64,000 bases of DNA from Abditibacterium sp. (lineage in GTDB: Bacteria > Armatimonadota > Abditibacteriia > Abditibacteriales > Abditibacteriaceae), in assembly GCA_965199495.1 (NCBI GenBank), contig CBDASK010000003.1, positions 3,520,001 to 3,584,000 of the forward strand, in the 5' to 3' direction. Numbering within the stretch: the stretch's first letter is position 1; each line of letters opens with the position of its first letter. A program made the translations under genes and the position numbers. Shown one piece after another: positions 1 to 10,414 of this stretch. Under the pieces are notes generated by a model that was not told where the DNA came from, did no database searches, and saw only the letters and a list, made by a program, of their open reading frames with translations.

Positions 1-92
1 ACAACGGTTATTACGAAGGCAACGGTTTCGAGGTCTGGAAGTTCGACGGGAAAAAGCTCGAATCCGTCATCAACGCCGGTTGGGGCGTGTAA
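1..92 (+). CDS. 3' end of a hypothetical protein (partial, begins upstream of window)
   Basis: Open frame from position 3 reading NGYYEGNGFEVWKFDGKKLESVINAGWGV to TAA at 90-92 with host-like codon usage. Confidence 0.6.
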   Translation, partial: NGYYEGNGFEVWKFDGKKLESVINAGWGV

Positions 93-177
93 TTGCGATC
101 GCAGATTTGCGACGGGTGACAATGGATGACGGATAATAAATACCGTCCGAAGAAAATCTGACATCTAATTATCCGAA

Positions 178-1368
178 ATGTATAAAACCTCCGATGCCTT
201 GGTCATCCGTTATGTTGGGTTTGGGTTGCTTTTTATCGCCGCCGCCACGCTGGTTTATCTGGTGCGCGATGCGTTGCCTGTTTTTATCGTGGCGGGTCTG
301 CTGGCGTTTGCGCTCGAACCCATTTTGCAACGTCTGGAAAAGAGCGGGCGCTCGCGCTTGAAAGCGGTCGGTTTTGTCTTTGTTGTTATCTTGCTGCTGG
401 GTTCGATTCTACTGTCATTGTTGGCGGCGGCGTTCCAGCAGGGACAAGTCTTTGTCACCAACATTGATACCTATAACAAGGAAGTTCTGGATTTAATTGA
501 CTCGAATAAAACACGTTTGGACAACTCGAAGTTACCCGCGCCAGTCAAGAAGTCCATCCACGAAGCCATCGAAAACAACTTGCAAAATTTGAACGAGCGG
601 GTGCCCGCATTAGCCACCGGTTTCGCGGCGCGCACGCTGGCGGGCACCGGATCGTTTCTGGCCAATTTATTTTTGCTCAACCTGCTGACGTTTGGATTCA
701 TGCTCGAAGCCAAGCGCATTAAAGCGCGTTTGCTGATGACCGTGCCGCCCTTCTACCGGCGCGATGTTATTGATTTGGCGACTTCAATCAATGAATTATT
801 GGGCCGTTACGTGCGCGGCCAACTCATCGTGTGCGCGTTTTTCGGCGCGTGTTGTACCGTCGCCTTCGAGATCATTAGCCGCGTCTTTGGCATGCAATAC
901 CCGCTCGTGCTGGGCGCGATTGCGGCGGTGATTTATGTGTTGCCCTACTTCGGTCTGGCGGTCGTTTTCGTGATTTCTATCGCGACGGCCTACCTCACCT
1001 CCGACCAGCCACTGGCGGCGGCTGGCGCGGTTTTGGCCAGTATCCTCGTGATCAATTTGACGACCGACTACGCCGTGGCTCCTCGCGTGCTGGGGCGCGG
1101 CGTGGGTTTGCATCCGCTTTTGGTTATCTTCGCCCTCGTCTGCGGCTTTCACGTCGGCGGCCCATTGGGAACGGTCGTCGCCGTCCCGTTGCTGGCGTCG
1201 CTCCGTGTAATCGCGATTTATTTATTCCCCCAATTGGCCGCGCCCATTCCCACCGAAGAAGCGATTTTCCCCGATTTGCCCACGCCGCCCGAACCCCAAG
1301 CGACAATTGCTCAAGTCGCCGCTGCCGAAAATTCGGTGGAAGGCCCACTGGAAGCGCAAACTAATTAA
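178..1368 (+). CDS. AI-2E family transporter (PerM/YhhT-like)
   Basis: Multi-TM protein with family motifs LLGRYVRGQLIV, LPYFG, PRVLGRGVGLHPLLVIFAL, GTVVAVPL. Confidence 0.9.
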   Translation: MYKTSDALVIRYVGFGLLFIAAATLVYLVRDALPVFIVAGLLAFALEPILQRLEKSGRSRLKAVGFVFVVILLLGSILLSLLAAAFQQGQVFVTNIDTYNKEVLDLIDSNKTRLDNSKLPAPVKKSIHEAIENNLQNLNERVPALATGFAARTLAGTGSFLANLFLLNLLTFGFMLEAKRIKARLLMTVPPFYRRDVIDLATSINELLGRYVRGQLIVCAFFGACCTVAFEIISRVFGMQYPLVLGAIAAVIYVLPYFGLAVVFVISIATAYLTSDQPLAAAGAVLASILVINLTTDYAVAPRVLGRGVGLHPLLVIFALVCGFHVGGPLGTVVAVPLLASLRVIAIYLFPQLAAPIPTEEAIFPDLPTPPEPQATIAQVAAAENSVEGPLEAQTN

Positions 1369-1407
1369 AGGTTCTTTGTGGTTTTTAAAACGGTAACGCC
1401 TTTTCCA

Positions 1408-2571
1408 TCAACCGTTTGTTTTCCCGAAAACCAAACACGTCGGATCGTTTTTCACGCCCTCGAACTTGCTGGAAAACCTCAGCTCTCCCGTTTTCGCATC
1501 AAAAGCAAAAACTGAAATCGAGCGTTCTTTTTGATTGCCAACCGAAACCCATTTACCCGTCGGATCGAAGGTGAAATGGCGCGGTTCCTTGCCGACTTTC
1601 GTCCAACCCAAAACTTTCAACGTGCCGTCGCGCCCAATCGCGTAACGCGCGATGCTGTCGTAGCCGCGATTGGACGCGTAGAGATATTTGCCGTCGGGCG
1701 AAACCACAATTTCGGCGCCCGTGCTATAACCGGTGAAATCGGCGGGCAAAGTCGAAATCGTCTGAATCGCGCCCGGCACTCCGCGCGCGCCTTGAAACAC
1801 CGAAACCGTATCGCCCAGTTCGCTGACGATATAGACGAATTGACCGTTGCGGCCAAACGCCAGATGGCGCGGCCCACTGCCGGGCGCGACCGCCGCAAAC
1901 GCGGGCACGCTCGGTTTGACGGCGCCGGTTTGCGCATCGAAATCGTAAATCATCGCCTTGTCAATGCCCAAATCCACGATCCAAATGCGTTTGTTATCCG
2001 GCGAAATCATCGCTTGATGCGCGTGCGGACTTTGCTGGCGACCCGCGTTGGGGCCGCTGCCTTGGTGTTGAAATGTCTCTTTGAGCGGGCCGACTTTGCC
2101 ATCGCTTTCGAGCGGCCAAATGCTCCATGTGCCGGAATTATAGTAAGCGCCGACCAGCCACTGACCAGTCGCATCTATAGCGAGAGAAACCGGATTGTCA
2201 GCGCCGACTTGCTCCGAAATCGCGCGCAATTCGCCATCGCTTTCGACAGAAAACGCGGTCAACCCGCTTTTACCGGCGAGCGTGCCGCCCGCGTAAAGTC
2301 TGTGGCCGTTGGGCGATAAAGTCAGCCAGTCGGGATTGGAAATTTGCGCGACCACGCGCAAATCGTGGAGCGTGCCGGTGGCTGCATCGAAGCGCAAGGC
2401 GCACAGGCCCTCGCCCTCTTTCGAGGTGTAGCCACCGGCATAGAGATCGTAAGTTTTGTTTTCGATAGGGTCTTTGCCCTCGGCGCGCGCGACCGATTTC
2501 CAGAGCAGCGATGCGGAAAGGAATGCGCCCATCAGAGCGAGGGCGGCCCAAGGCCAGCGAGAGCGAATCAT
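1408..2571 (-). CDS. pgl: Lactonase family beta-propeller (6-phosphogluconolactonase-like) with signal peptide
   Basis: GSGPNAGRQQSPHAHQ, DLGIDK, PGSGPRHL, YASNRGYDSI, PRHF motifs. Confidence 0.85.
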   Translation of the reverse strand: MIRSRWPWAALALMGAFLSASLLWKSVARAEGKDPIENKTYDLYAGGYTSKEGEGLCALRFDAATGTLHDLRVVAQISNPDWLTLSPNGHRLYAGGTLAGKSGLTAFSVESDGELRAISEQVGADNPVSLAIDATGQWLVGAYYNSGTWSIWPLESDGKVGPLKETFQHQGSGPNAGRQQSPHAHQAMISPDNKRIWIVDLGIDKAMIYDFDAQTGAVKPSVPAFAAVAPGSGPRHLAFGRNGQFVYIVSELGDTVSVFQGARGVPGAIQTISTLPADFTGYSTGAEIVVSPDGKYLYASNRGYDSIARYAIGRDGTLKVLGWTKVGKEPRHFTFDPTGKWVSVGNQKERSISVFAFDAKTGELRFSSKFEGVKNDPTCLVFGKTNG

Positions 2572-2756
2572 GGAGAAGTGTTGGAGTTATAACGCGTATT
2601 GTTGAGGAATTGCGCGTTGATTGATGGATGAGCGCAGAGTTTGCGCGAATTAATGTCAATGCGCGCGACGCGCGGGCAGGAAGCAAAAGTCAAACTGGGA
2701 TTTCCTCGAAAACCGTTCGCCATTTCGCGACAAATGTGAGCGGTTCCGATCACGCG

Positions 2757-4187
2757 ATGAGTTTATTTCTCAAGATATTCCTCTGGTTCTGGGGCGCAAT
2801 GGCGATTTTGGCGCTGGCGCTGTCGGCGGTGCAGGTGACTACGCGTGACGATCTGGTTTTCTCCCCCAAATCGAGCTTAATGGTGGACGCTTTGGGGGCT
2901 TATGGCATCGCGGCGGTGGACAAATACGAGAGATACGGCTCTGCTGCTCTGGGGAAATATCTGCGCGATATAGAAAAGAAAAAGAAGGTGCAGGTCTATC
3001 TCTTCGATCCGACGGGCATGCAAATCGGCAACGCCGCCGATGAACAAGCGCCCGCCGATGTGCTTTATCTGGCCGACCAGACCGCTCGTTCCTTTCCGGG
3101 CAACTTCCAAATTTCGACGTTTCGCGTGATGGCGACGGTGCCGATTATTTCGCCGAATGGGCGCGGAGTTTATGTTTTTTGCGGCGCCGTCTCGCGCAAC
3201 CAACTTTCGGCGACGCGCACGGCGTTGTCCACGCGACTGATTCAGTTGGTGATTATCGGTCTGGTCACCGGCCTGTTTTGTTACAGTTTGGCGCGTTATC
3301 TGGCGGCGCCCGTCGGCAAAATTCGGTCGGCGGCGCAGCGTCTGGCGCAGGGCGATCTGTCGGCGCGCGTCGAACCCAACCACTTCCCGCGCGGCAAAGA
3401 CGAGATCTCCCGACTGGCGCGCGATTTCGACACGATGGCGAGCCGTCTCGAAGGTTTGGTCACGGCGCAAAACCGCTTGCTGGGCGACGTTTCGCACGAA
3501 CTACGCACGCCTTTAACGCGCCTCAATTTGGCGCTCGAACTGGCGCGGCGCGGCGAAGAAGTCAAGCGCGAAGCGGCGCTCAATCGCATTGAGCGCGAAT
3601 CGCAGCGTTTGGAGGAATTGATTCGCGAATTGCTGACGCTTTCGCGATTGGAAAATGGTTTGCCCGCCTCCAAACTGAACACGCCACTCGATTTGGCCGA
3701 ACTGGCCCACGAAATCGCCGCCGACGCCGACTTCGAGGCGCGCGGCGCCGGGCGCGGCGTGCGCGTTCAATATCTGGGCGCGCAGAATCATGTGATGACG
3801 CGTGGTGATGGCGAACTTTTGCGACGCGCCATCGAAAACCTGACGCGCAATGCGTTGCGCCACACCTTTAACGATACCGTCGTCGAAATCGAACTGAGCG
3901 CGCGCAATGGCGACTTGATTTTAGCCGTCAAAGATCGCGGCCCCGGCGTGCCACCCGAAGAGTTGGAAGCGATTTTTCGTCCGTTCTATCGCGTGGAAAA
4001 CGCGCGCGAACGCGGCGAGGCCGACCGGGGCACTGGTCTGGGACTGGCCATCGCCGAACGCGCTGTCAGCGCTCACGGTGGACACATCGAAGCCATGAAT
4101 CGCGAAGACGGCGGTTTGTGTGTCGCCATCGAATTGCCGCAGGTCAAAGAAAACGGACGCAATCATCACGAGGGCAAAACGGGCTGA
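2757..4187 (+). CDS. HAMP-domain sensor histidine kinase (CpxA-like)
   Basis: MSLFLKIFLWFW N-terminal TM, second TM, HAMP, H-box DVSHELRTPL, N-box ENLTRNA, DRGPG and GTGLGLAI; start moved to ATG 2757. Confidence 0.9.
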   Translation: MSLFLKIFLWFWGAMAILALALSAVQVTTRDDLVFSPKSSLMVDALGAYGIAAVDKYERYGSAALGKYLRDIEKKKKVQVYLFDPTGMQIGNAADEQAPADVLYLADQTARSFPGNFQISTFRVMATVPIISPNGRGVYVFCGAVSRNQLSATRTALSTRLIQLVIIGLVTGLFCYSLARYLAAPVGKIRSAAQRLAQGDLSARVEPNHFPRGKDEISRLARDFDTMASRLEGLVTAQNRLLGDVSHELRTPLTRLNLALELARRGEEVKREAALNRIERESQRLEELIRELLTLSRLENGLPASKLNTPLDLAELAHEIAADADFEARGAGRGVRVQYLGAQNHVMTRGDGELLRRAIENLTRNALRHTFNDTVVEIELSARNGDLILAVKDRGPGVPPEELEAIFRPFYRVENARERGEADRGTGLGLAIAERAVSAHGGHIEAMNREDGGLCVAIELPQVKENGRNHHEGKTG

Positions 4188-4435
4188 TTATACCTCGATC
4201 AACCTAAGCCACCGGTTCACGGTCACAAATAATTTCTCCAAACTCAACGGGTCGTTTTTGAGTTGCCTTCGCAAAATTGTTCTTTGTTTTCACCCATAAA
4301 TTTAAATTTTGAATCAAGCTGGTTTTATGTGGTTTTACTATCTTGACCAATAAAGGATTCGAGTTGCGCGCCGTCCGATATTTAATTAATTCTGAGGCAA
4401 AGAGCATGGCGCGGTAAAAAGTTGTCAGGTTCTGT

Positions 4436-4485
4436 GCAACAAACCACAATTCTAAAAAACGCAACAAACCACAATTCTAAAAAAC
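4436..4485. repeat. Perfect 25-bp tandem duplication in an AT-rich intergenic region
   Basis: gcaacaaaccacaattctaaaaaac at 4436-4460 and 4461-4485. Confidence 0.9.
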
Positions 4486-4660
4486 GGAAAATTCAATGTT
4501 TTTCCAACGGATTTGGTGAACGCGTGCAATTTGCGCGCGCTTGAGTTAAAATAGCGGCGTTGCTTTTTATACGTCGTTTATTTTTGACGTATACCTTTTT
4601 CCCGTCATAAGTTGATAAAGAAGTTTCATCGTTTTGACCATTTTGCAATCTTTACCCCTC

Positions 4661-7600
4661 ATGGATCCTCTCTCTTTCTCTCGCGTGTCCGCATCGCGCC
4701 GTGTTCTGGCGTTCGCTTCGAGCGCTGCGCTGTTGGCGGTTATCGCGCCCGGTCTGGCCCAGTCGCAGAGCAGTTTCCCCGTGTTGCCCGCTGCGCCTGC
4801 GATGCCCGAATCGGTGGCGATGACGCGCGCCAATATGAGCGCTTCGCCCACGGCGACCAACAAGCTGACGCCGATCCCGTTTCGGGCGCCGACGGCGCGC
4901 ACGATTCGCGTTTCTAAAATCAACGCGGCCAACGCTTATCCCTACGTCAACCGCGCTGCCAAAGCGCTGGGCGCGGGCAACACGGCGGAGGCGCTCTCGC
5001 TTTATCGCCGCGCTTACCAACTCGATCCGACCAATCCCTACGCGGCGCCCGGCGTGGGCACCGCGCTGCTAATTCAGGGTAAGTTCGCCGAAGCGGCCAC
5101 GACGTTTCGCAATCATTTGGTGACCAATCCGGGCGACATGCAATCGCTGCGTGGTCTGGCCGATGCGCTGACTTTCTCGCGCAAATATCGCGAGGCGTTG
5201 GGCGTCAACAATTACATTTTGGCGCGCTCGCCGCGCAACTTCGATTCGCTCTTTCAAAACGCGCAAATCGCGACTTACGCGGGCGATTACAAACTGTCGG
5301 AAACCTACTTCAACCGCGCTTCGGGCGTCAACAAAAGCAACGCCAAGTTTTGGACGAGCTGGGGCGAATCGCTTTCTTACCGCCGCAATCCGCGCGCGCT
5401 CAACGCGTTCAATCGCGCGTTGCAGTTGCAGCCGAACGATGTGCGCGCCACGATGGGCATCGCCGATTATTATATTTACACCTCGCAGTTCGGTAAAGCC
5501 GTCGAGCCGCTGCAAACCGTGCTGGCGTTACAGCCCAACAACACCGAAGCCTTGATTGGTCTGGGCGATTCGCTCTCCTATATCAACCAGCCGCGCGACG
5601 CCGTGGCTCCTTATCAAAAGGCGCTGCAACTCAAGCCCAATGACCTCAAAGCGCGTTTGGGATTGGGCCGCGCCCTCGTTTATTCGGGCCGCGACGCGCA
5701 GGGCGAAACCGAACTGCGTCGTGTTTTGGCGGTTCAGCCGGGCAATCGCGAGGCTTTGGAAGCTCTCGCCGTTGCGCAAAACGCGACGGCGCCGACGCAG
5801 GCGTTGCAGACTTATCGTACCTTGCTCAATGGCACCAAAGATAGCGCCAAGCGCGCGAGCATTTTGGCTTCGATGGGCGATTTGCAGTTGGGCGCGGGCG
5901 ACTTGAACGCGGCGGCCAGTTCGTATCAACAGGCGTCGCAATTGGCGCCGACTAACGCCGAAATCAATTTGAGCTACGCCCAGATTTTGGGCTACAACGA
6001 CGATTACGCGACGGCTGGCCCCATCGTCGAGCAGGTTTTGGCGGTCGAGCCGACCAACCCGCGCGCCCTCGCGTTGCAGGTGCAGGTCGCGGCCAAGGGC
6101 GGCGACAAAGCGCGCGCGACCGAACTCGCGGCCAAACTGCGCGACATTACGCCCGCAACCGCCGAAGACGCCCTTGCTTTGGCTGACGCTTTGCGCGACG
6201 CGGGCGACCAGAAGGCAGCCACGGCGCTGCTCGTGCGCGCTTCGGGGCTTTCGAGCGACCCGGCAATTGGTCTGCGCATCGCCAACGCGACGCGCGACGG
6301 CGGCGATTACGCCGGTTCGGTCGAACTTTATAACCGTCTGCTGCGCGCCAATCCCAACGATGTTCCGGCCCGCGTCAATCTGTCGCGCGCGCTTTATTAC
6401 GACAACAATCTGAGCGAAGCGACCAATCAGATTGACCAAGTTTTGCAGTTAGACGCGCAGAATCAGGACGCGCTGTTGGTGCGCGCCGAAGTGTTGCTGG
6501 CGGGCGATACCGATCAGGGCCGCACGCAGGCCCAGGACATCGCCAACACGATTTTGGCGGGCGGCGCCAACGCGACGGCTTCCAACATCGCGGGCGAAGT
6601 TTTGACTTCGCGCCAGCAGTTCTCCGCCGCCATTGACCAGTTCCGCAAAACCCTGCAAACCGATCCGAATAACCTGCAAGCGCAGTTGGGTTTGGCGCGC
6701 AACCTTTATTATTCGCGCCAAGTGGACGATTCGATTAGCGCCTATCAAAAGCTGATCGGCGAGGCGCCCGCCGACACCCTGCCGCGTTTGGAATTGGCGC
6801 AGATTTTTCTGGATCGCAACCGTTTCAGCGAGGCCGAAGTGCTGTTCAACGAGGTTCTGACGTTGCAGCAACGCGGCGTGGCTGCCTTGCCCGCCGCGCG
6901 CCGCGCCAGCGAGCGCGGCGAGTTGGCCCGGCTCAATCCGGGCGCATTGCGCAACTCGATCCTCAAAGACAAAACGCTCGCCAAGTTGGCCAGCCTCAAC
7001 GTCAACGATGGCATCGGCAGTCCCGTTGATGCGGGCGCGCTTAAAGTCGTCACCGTCGCGTTTGCGCAGATGAAGCCCAAATCTGCCGCGCACAAAATTG
7101 TTGCGTCAAAAGCCGTCGCGCACAAAGCTGTCGCGCCCAAGCGTTTGGCTCAGTCCGCGTCGCCGACGGTAGGCGTTGGTGGCGATTTGGGCACGGCGGC
7201 ACCGCCCGCCGTTTCGTCACCGATTACTCCCGCCGCGCCGACGCCGGGTGCCGGAGTGCCCGATGCCGGAGCGCCGGGCGCCGATGCTCCGACGATGACG
7301 CCCGACGACACGTTCGTGCCGACCGCGCCGTTGCCCGAAGGCGGCATGCGCGGGCGTCAGATCGTGCCGCGCGTGCCGACGGGCGTGGGCGAAAATAATA
7401 TCTTCACCTCGCCGCTTTCGCCGGGCGCGACGGTCAACTCCACGACTTCCGACAAAGTCAAGGCCTATACCGGCCTGGGCGAAGTCCGTTTGCGTCAGGG
7501 CCGCTACGCCGAGGCGCTCGAACTGTTCAAACAGGCGCTGCAACTCGATCCCAACGCCGTCCCGCCGCGCATCGGCGCGGCGCGTTCGTTGCGTGGCCAG

Positions 7601-10084
7601 AGCCAATTCACCGACGCCCTGACCGAAGTCGGGCGCGCGTTGCAGGTCGCGCCTACCGATTTGAAGGCGCGCGTGCTGCGCGCGCAATTGTTGGCCGACA
7701 CTGGACAAGGCGCCGCCGCGCAAACCGAATTGGACAATCTGATCGGTTCGCTGCCAGAAAATGCGCCGCTCGACACGATTTTGACGTTGTCGGAATCGCT
7801 CAATTCGCTGCGCAACTACACATCGTCTTTGCAATTGCTGGATGTGGCGCTTCAGCTTTATCCCAATGAACCGGCGCCGCTTCGCCTCAAGGCCGAAACG
7901 CTGAACTTTGCCGGACGCTACGACGATTCGCTGAAACTTTACGATCAACTCATCGCCGCCGACCCGCAGGATGGCGACGCGATTCTGGGCAAGGCGCGCG
8001 TTTACAATTATTCCAACCGCTTACCCGAAGCCGAAACGACTTATCGCAGCGTTTTGGCGGTGCAGCCCGAGAACTATCAGGCGGCGACCGAGTTGGCCGA
8101 TGTGTTGGGCCGTCGCGGCAACTATCCCGACGCGATTCAGCTTTACGCTTTGGCGATTCAGGGCAACCCGTCCGATTTGGCGACGCGCGTCGAACTGGCG
8201 CGCGTGCAGCGTTACGCCGGGCGCGAATCGGACGCCGAAGCGACTTTAACGCAGGTGCTCGATTCGGATGGAAACAACGTCGGCGCTTTGACCGAGCGCG
8301 GCATTTTGCGTGGCGTGCAGGGCAGCTATGCGCCCGCCATCGCCGATTTGCAGCAGGCCTTGCAAATCGCGCCCGAAGACACGAATGCGCAATTGGGTTT
8401 GGCCGAAGTTCAGGGCTACGCCGGACAATACGAGCAGAGCATCGCCGGTTATCGCGCGGTTTTGACGCGCGAGCCGAACAACGAAAAGGCGCGCGCCGAA
8501 CTGGGCGAAGTTTTGTCCTATTCGGGCGACGACGCGGGCGCATTGCAGGAATTGGACGCCGTTTTGGCGACCAATCCGACCAACCTGACGGCGCGTCTGA
8601 CTAAAGCCAGCGTGCTGGGACGAGGCAACCGCACAACGGAAGCGGTCAAAATCTACAACGATGTTTTGGCCGCAGACCCGCGCAACGCGCGCGCTCGTTC
8701 TGGTTTAGCCGATACCTACGTGACGAGTCGCCGCTACGCCGACGCGATCAAGGTTTACGATCAACTCATCGCCGACGCGCCGGACAACACGACTTACAAA
8801 ATCGCCCGCGCAAGGGCGTTGGGCTATAACCGCCAATACGTCGCGGCTTCGGATTCGTTGCGCCAAGTCATCACCGCCGAGCCGGATAATCTGGCGGCGC
8901 GTCTGGCGTTTGCCGAAGTCGGCACCAATTCGGGCAATCGCGGACTTCGCAACGGCGCCATCGCCGAATATCAACGTTTGGTCGCCGCCGATGCGACCAA
9001 CGTTCCGGCGCGCGTCGGGTTGGCGCGCGCGCTTTCCTATAACGGTCAATTCAAAGGGGCCGAAGCAACGTTGACGCCGATTGTGGCCGCCGATCCGAAA
9101 AACACCGATGCGCGCATCGCGTTGGCTGATGCGCAGCGTTTCGGTGGCAAGCCGTTCGCCGCGCGCGACAACTACAAAGAAGTTTTGGCCGCCGATCCGA
9201 ACAACGTCGGCGCGAAAAACGGCTTGGACGCGACGCGCCGGGGCACGCGGCCTTCGGTTGGCGTTTCGGGTTCGTATTACAACGATACCAACGGCGTTCG
9301 TTTGCGTTCGATCAACGAGAACGCGGCGCTTCGCACGCGCGGCGGCGTCATCGGCGTCATCGCCGAGCAGGGCCGTTTCCAGCAGGGGCCATACCGCGCC
9401 AATCGTAATAACATTGGCCTCTCGTATGGCAAATCGTTCGGCCCGATTCAGGCCGTGGCTGCCATCAGTCGTCTGAAATATAGCGGCGTCAGCGAGAAAT
9501 TCCTCTACGATTTGTCGCTCGTCAATTCGAGCGTCGAGCGCCGTCGCTACTTCCTGGGAACCGGTCGCCGCGATGTTTACGAGAGCGCCCAGGCCGTCGC
9601 GCAGGGCATCACAGCGACGACCTATCGTGGCGGATTCAACGTGCCAATCGGCAGCAAACTCGACTTCGAGTTGCAGGGCGTCTACTACCGCTATTCGGAC
9701 GACAACTCGCGCTACTCGATTTTGCCTGCGCTCTACTATCGTTTGCGCCCAACGACGCCAACGCTGCGCGTCGGCCTGGGCTACGCCTACGACGATACCA
9801 AGAACCTGCGCAACATCTACTACACGCCGCAAGGCTACTCGGCCTTTTCGGTGTTGGCCGATTACTCCCACGACATCGGCAAGACGCGCTACGGCTTCAA
9901 CGCGGGCGTGCCTTTGACCAGCTCGACCGGTACCAACGGCGTCAACCGTCCGTCCGACACGCTGTTTGGCTACATCTCGCGCGATTTGGGCAACTCGCTC
10001 GAAGTGTTCGCCAACGGCGGCATCGTAAGGTCGCCCGATTTCCATTCGGATCAAATCAATTTCGGCGGCAATTTGTGGTTCTAA
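4661..10084 (+). CDS. Giant secreted TPR protein with C-terminal outer-membrane beta-barrel (PgaA/BcsC/PelB-like architecture)
   Basis: Signal-like N-terminus, two long TPR arrays split by a Pro/Ala/Thr-rich linker, final ~270 aa of amphipathic beta-strands ending NFGGNLWF; start uncertain (4634 or 4661). Confidence 0.8.
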   Translation: MDPLSFSRVSASRRVLAFASSAALLAVIAPGLAQSQSSFPVLPAAPAMPESVAMTRANMSASPTATNKLTPIPFRAPTARTIRVSKINAANAYPYVNRAAKALGAGNTAEALSLYRRAYQLDPTNPYAAPGVGTALLIQGKFAEAATTFRNHLVTNPGDMQSLRGLADALTFSRKYREALGVNNYILARSPRNFDSLFQNAQIATYAGDYKLSETYFNRASGVNKSNAKFWTSWGESLSYRRNPRALNAFNRALQLQPNDVRATMGIADYYIYTSQFGKAVEPLQTVLALQPNNTEALIGLGDSLSYINQPRDAVAPYQKALQLKPNDLKARLGLGRALVYSGRDAQGETELRRVLAVQPGNREALEALAVAQNATAPTQALQTYRTLLNGTKDSAKRASILASMGDLQLGAGDLNAAASSYQQASQLAPTNAEINLSYAQILGYNDDYATAGPIVEQVLAVEPTNPRALALQVQVAAKGGDKARATELAAKLRDITPATAEDALALADALRDAGDQKAATALLVRASGLSSDPAIGLRIANATRDGGDYAGSVELYNRLLRANPNDVPARVNLSRALYYDNNLSEATNQIDQVLQLDAQNQDALLVRAEVLLAGDTDQGRTQAQDIANTILAGGANATASNIAGEVLTSRQQFSAAIDQFRKTLQTDPNNLQAQLGLARNLYYSRQVDDSISAYQKLIGEAPADTLPRLELAQIFLDRNRFSEAEVLFNEVLTLQQRGVAALPAARRASERGELARLNPGALRNSILKDKTLAKLASLNVNDGIGSPVDAGALKVVTVAFAQMKPKSAAHKIVASKAVAHKAVAPKRLAQSASPTVGVGGDLGTAAPPAVSSPITPAAPTPGAGVPDAGAPGADAPTMTPDDTFVPTAPLPEGGMRGRQIVPRVPTGVGENNIFTSPLSPGATVNSTTSDKVKAYTGLGEVRLRQGRYAEALELFKQALQLDPNAVPPRIGAARSLRGQSQFTDALTEVGRALQVAPTDLKARVLRAQLLADTGQGAAAQTELDNLIGSLPENAPLDTILTLSESLNSLRNYTSSLQLLDVALQLYPNEPAPLRLKAETLNFAGRYDDSLKLYDQLIAADPQDGDAILGKARVYNYSNRLPEAETTYRSVLAVQPENYQAATELADVLGRRGNYPDAIQLYALAIQGNPSDLATRVELARVQRYAGRESDAEATLTQVLDSDGNNVGALTERGILRGVQGSYAPAIADLQQALQIAPEDTNAQLGLAEVQGYAGQYEQSIAGYRAVLTREPNNEKARAELGEVLSYSGDDAGALQELDAVLATNPTNLTARLTKASVLGRGNRTTEAVKIYNDVLAADPRNARARSGLADTYVTSRRYADAIKVYDQLIADAPDNTTYKIARARALGYNRQYVAASDSLRQVITAEPDNLAARLAFAEVGTNSGNRGLRNGAIAEYQRLVAADATNVPARVGLARALSYNGQFKGAEATLTPIVAADPKNTDARIALADAQRFGGKPFAARDNYKEVLAADPNNVGAKNGLDATRRGTRPSVGVSGSYYNDTNGVRLRSINENAALRTRGGVIGVIAEQGRFQQGPYRANRNNIGLSYGKSFGPIQAVAAISRLKYSGVSEKFLYDLSLVNSSVERRRYFLGTGRRDVYESAQAVAQGITATTYRGGFNVPIGSKLDFELQGVYYRYSDDNSRYSILPALYYRLRPTTPTLRVGLGYAYDDTKNLRNIYYTPQGYSAFSVLADYSHDIGKTRYGFNAGVPLTSSTGTNGVNRPSDTLFGYISRDLGNSLEVFANGGIVRSPDFHSDQINFGGNLWF

Positions 10085-10101
10085 ATTGCGCCGGACAATT
10101 C

Positions 10102-10139
10102 AAAAAAACGCCTCGACGAAAGTCGGGGCGATTTTTTTT
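10102..10139 (+). terminator. Rho-independent terminator after TPR-barrel gene
   Basis: aaaaaaa-cgcctcgac-gaaa-gtcggggcg-a-T8 hairpin. Confidence 0.75.
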
Positions 10140-10376
10140 GCGTTTATCGCGTGATTTAGAGGCAATTGCGACTCTCACCCCCTCTGGGCTTCGCCCATCT
10201 CCCCCTCCGAAAGGGGGAGAATGCGCACTTACTGTTTATTATTCGCGAAACTTGTGGCTATGTCGAAGGTTTGAGCGCATTCTCCCCCTTTCGGAGGGGG
10301 AGATGGGCGAAGCCCAGAGGGGGTGAGAGTCGCAATTGCCTCTAAATCACGCGATAAACGCAAAAAAAATCGCCCC
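10125..10376. repeat. Perfect 102-bp inverted repeat (fold-back element with CCCCCTCC/GGGGGAGA REP-like core)
   Basis: 10125-10226 is the exact reverse complement of 10275-10376; 48-bp spacer. Confidence 0.95.
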
Positions 10377-10414
10377 CGAAATATTTCGGAAGCGATTTCA
10401 TCTTCAACTCAATT

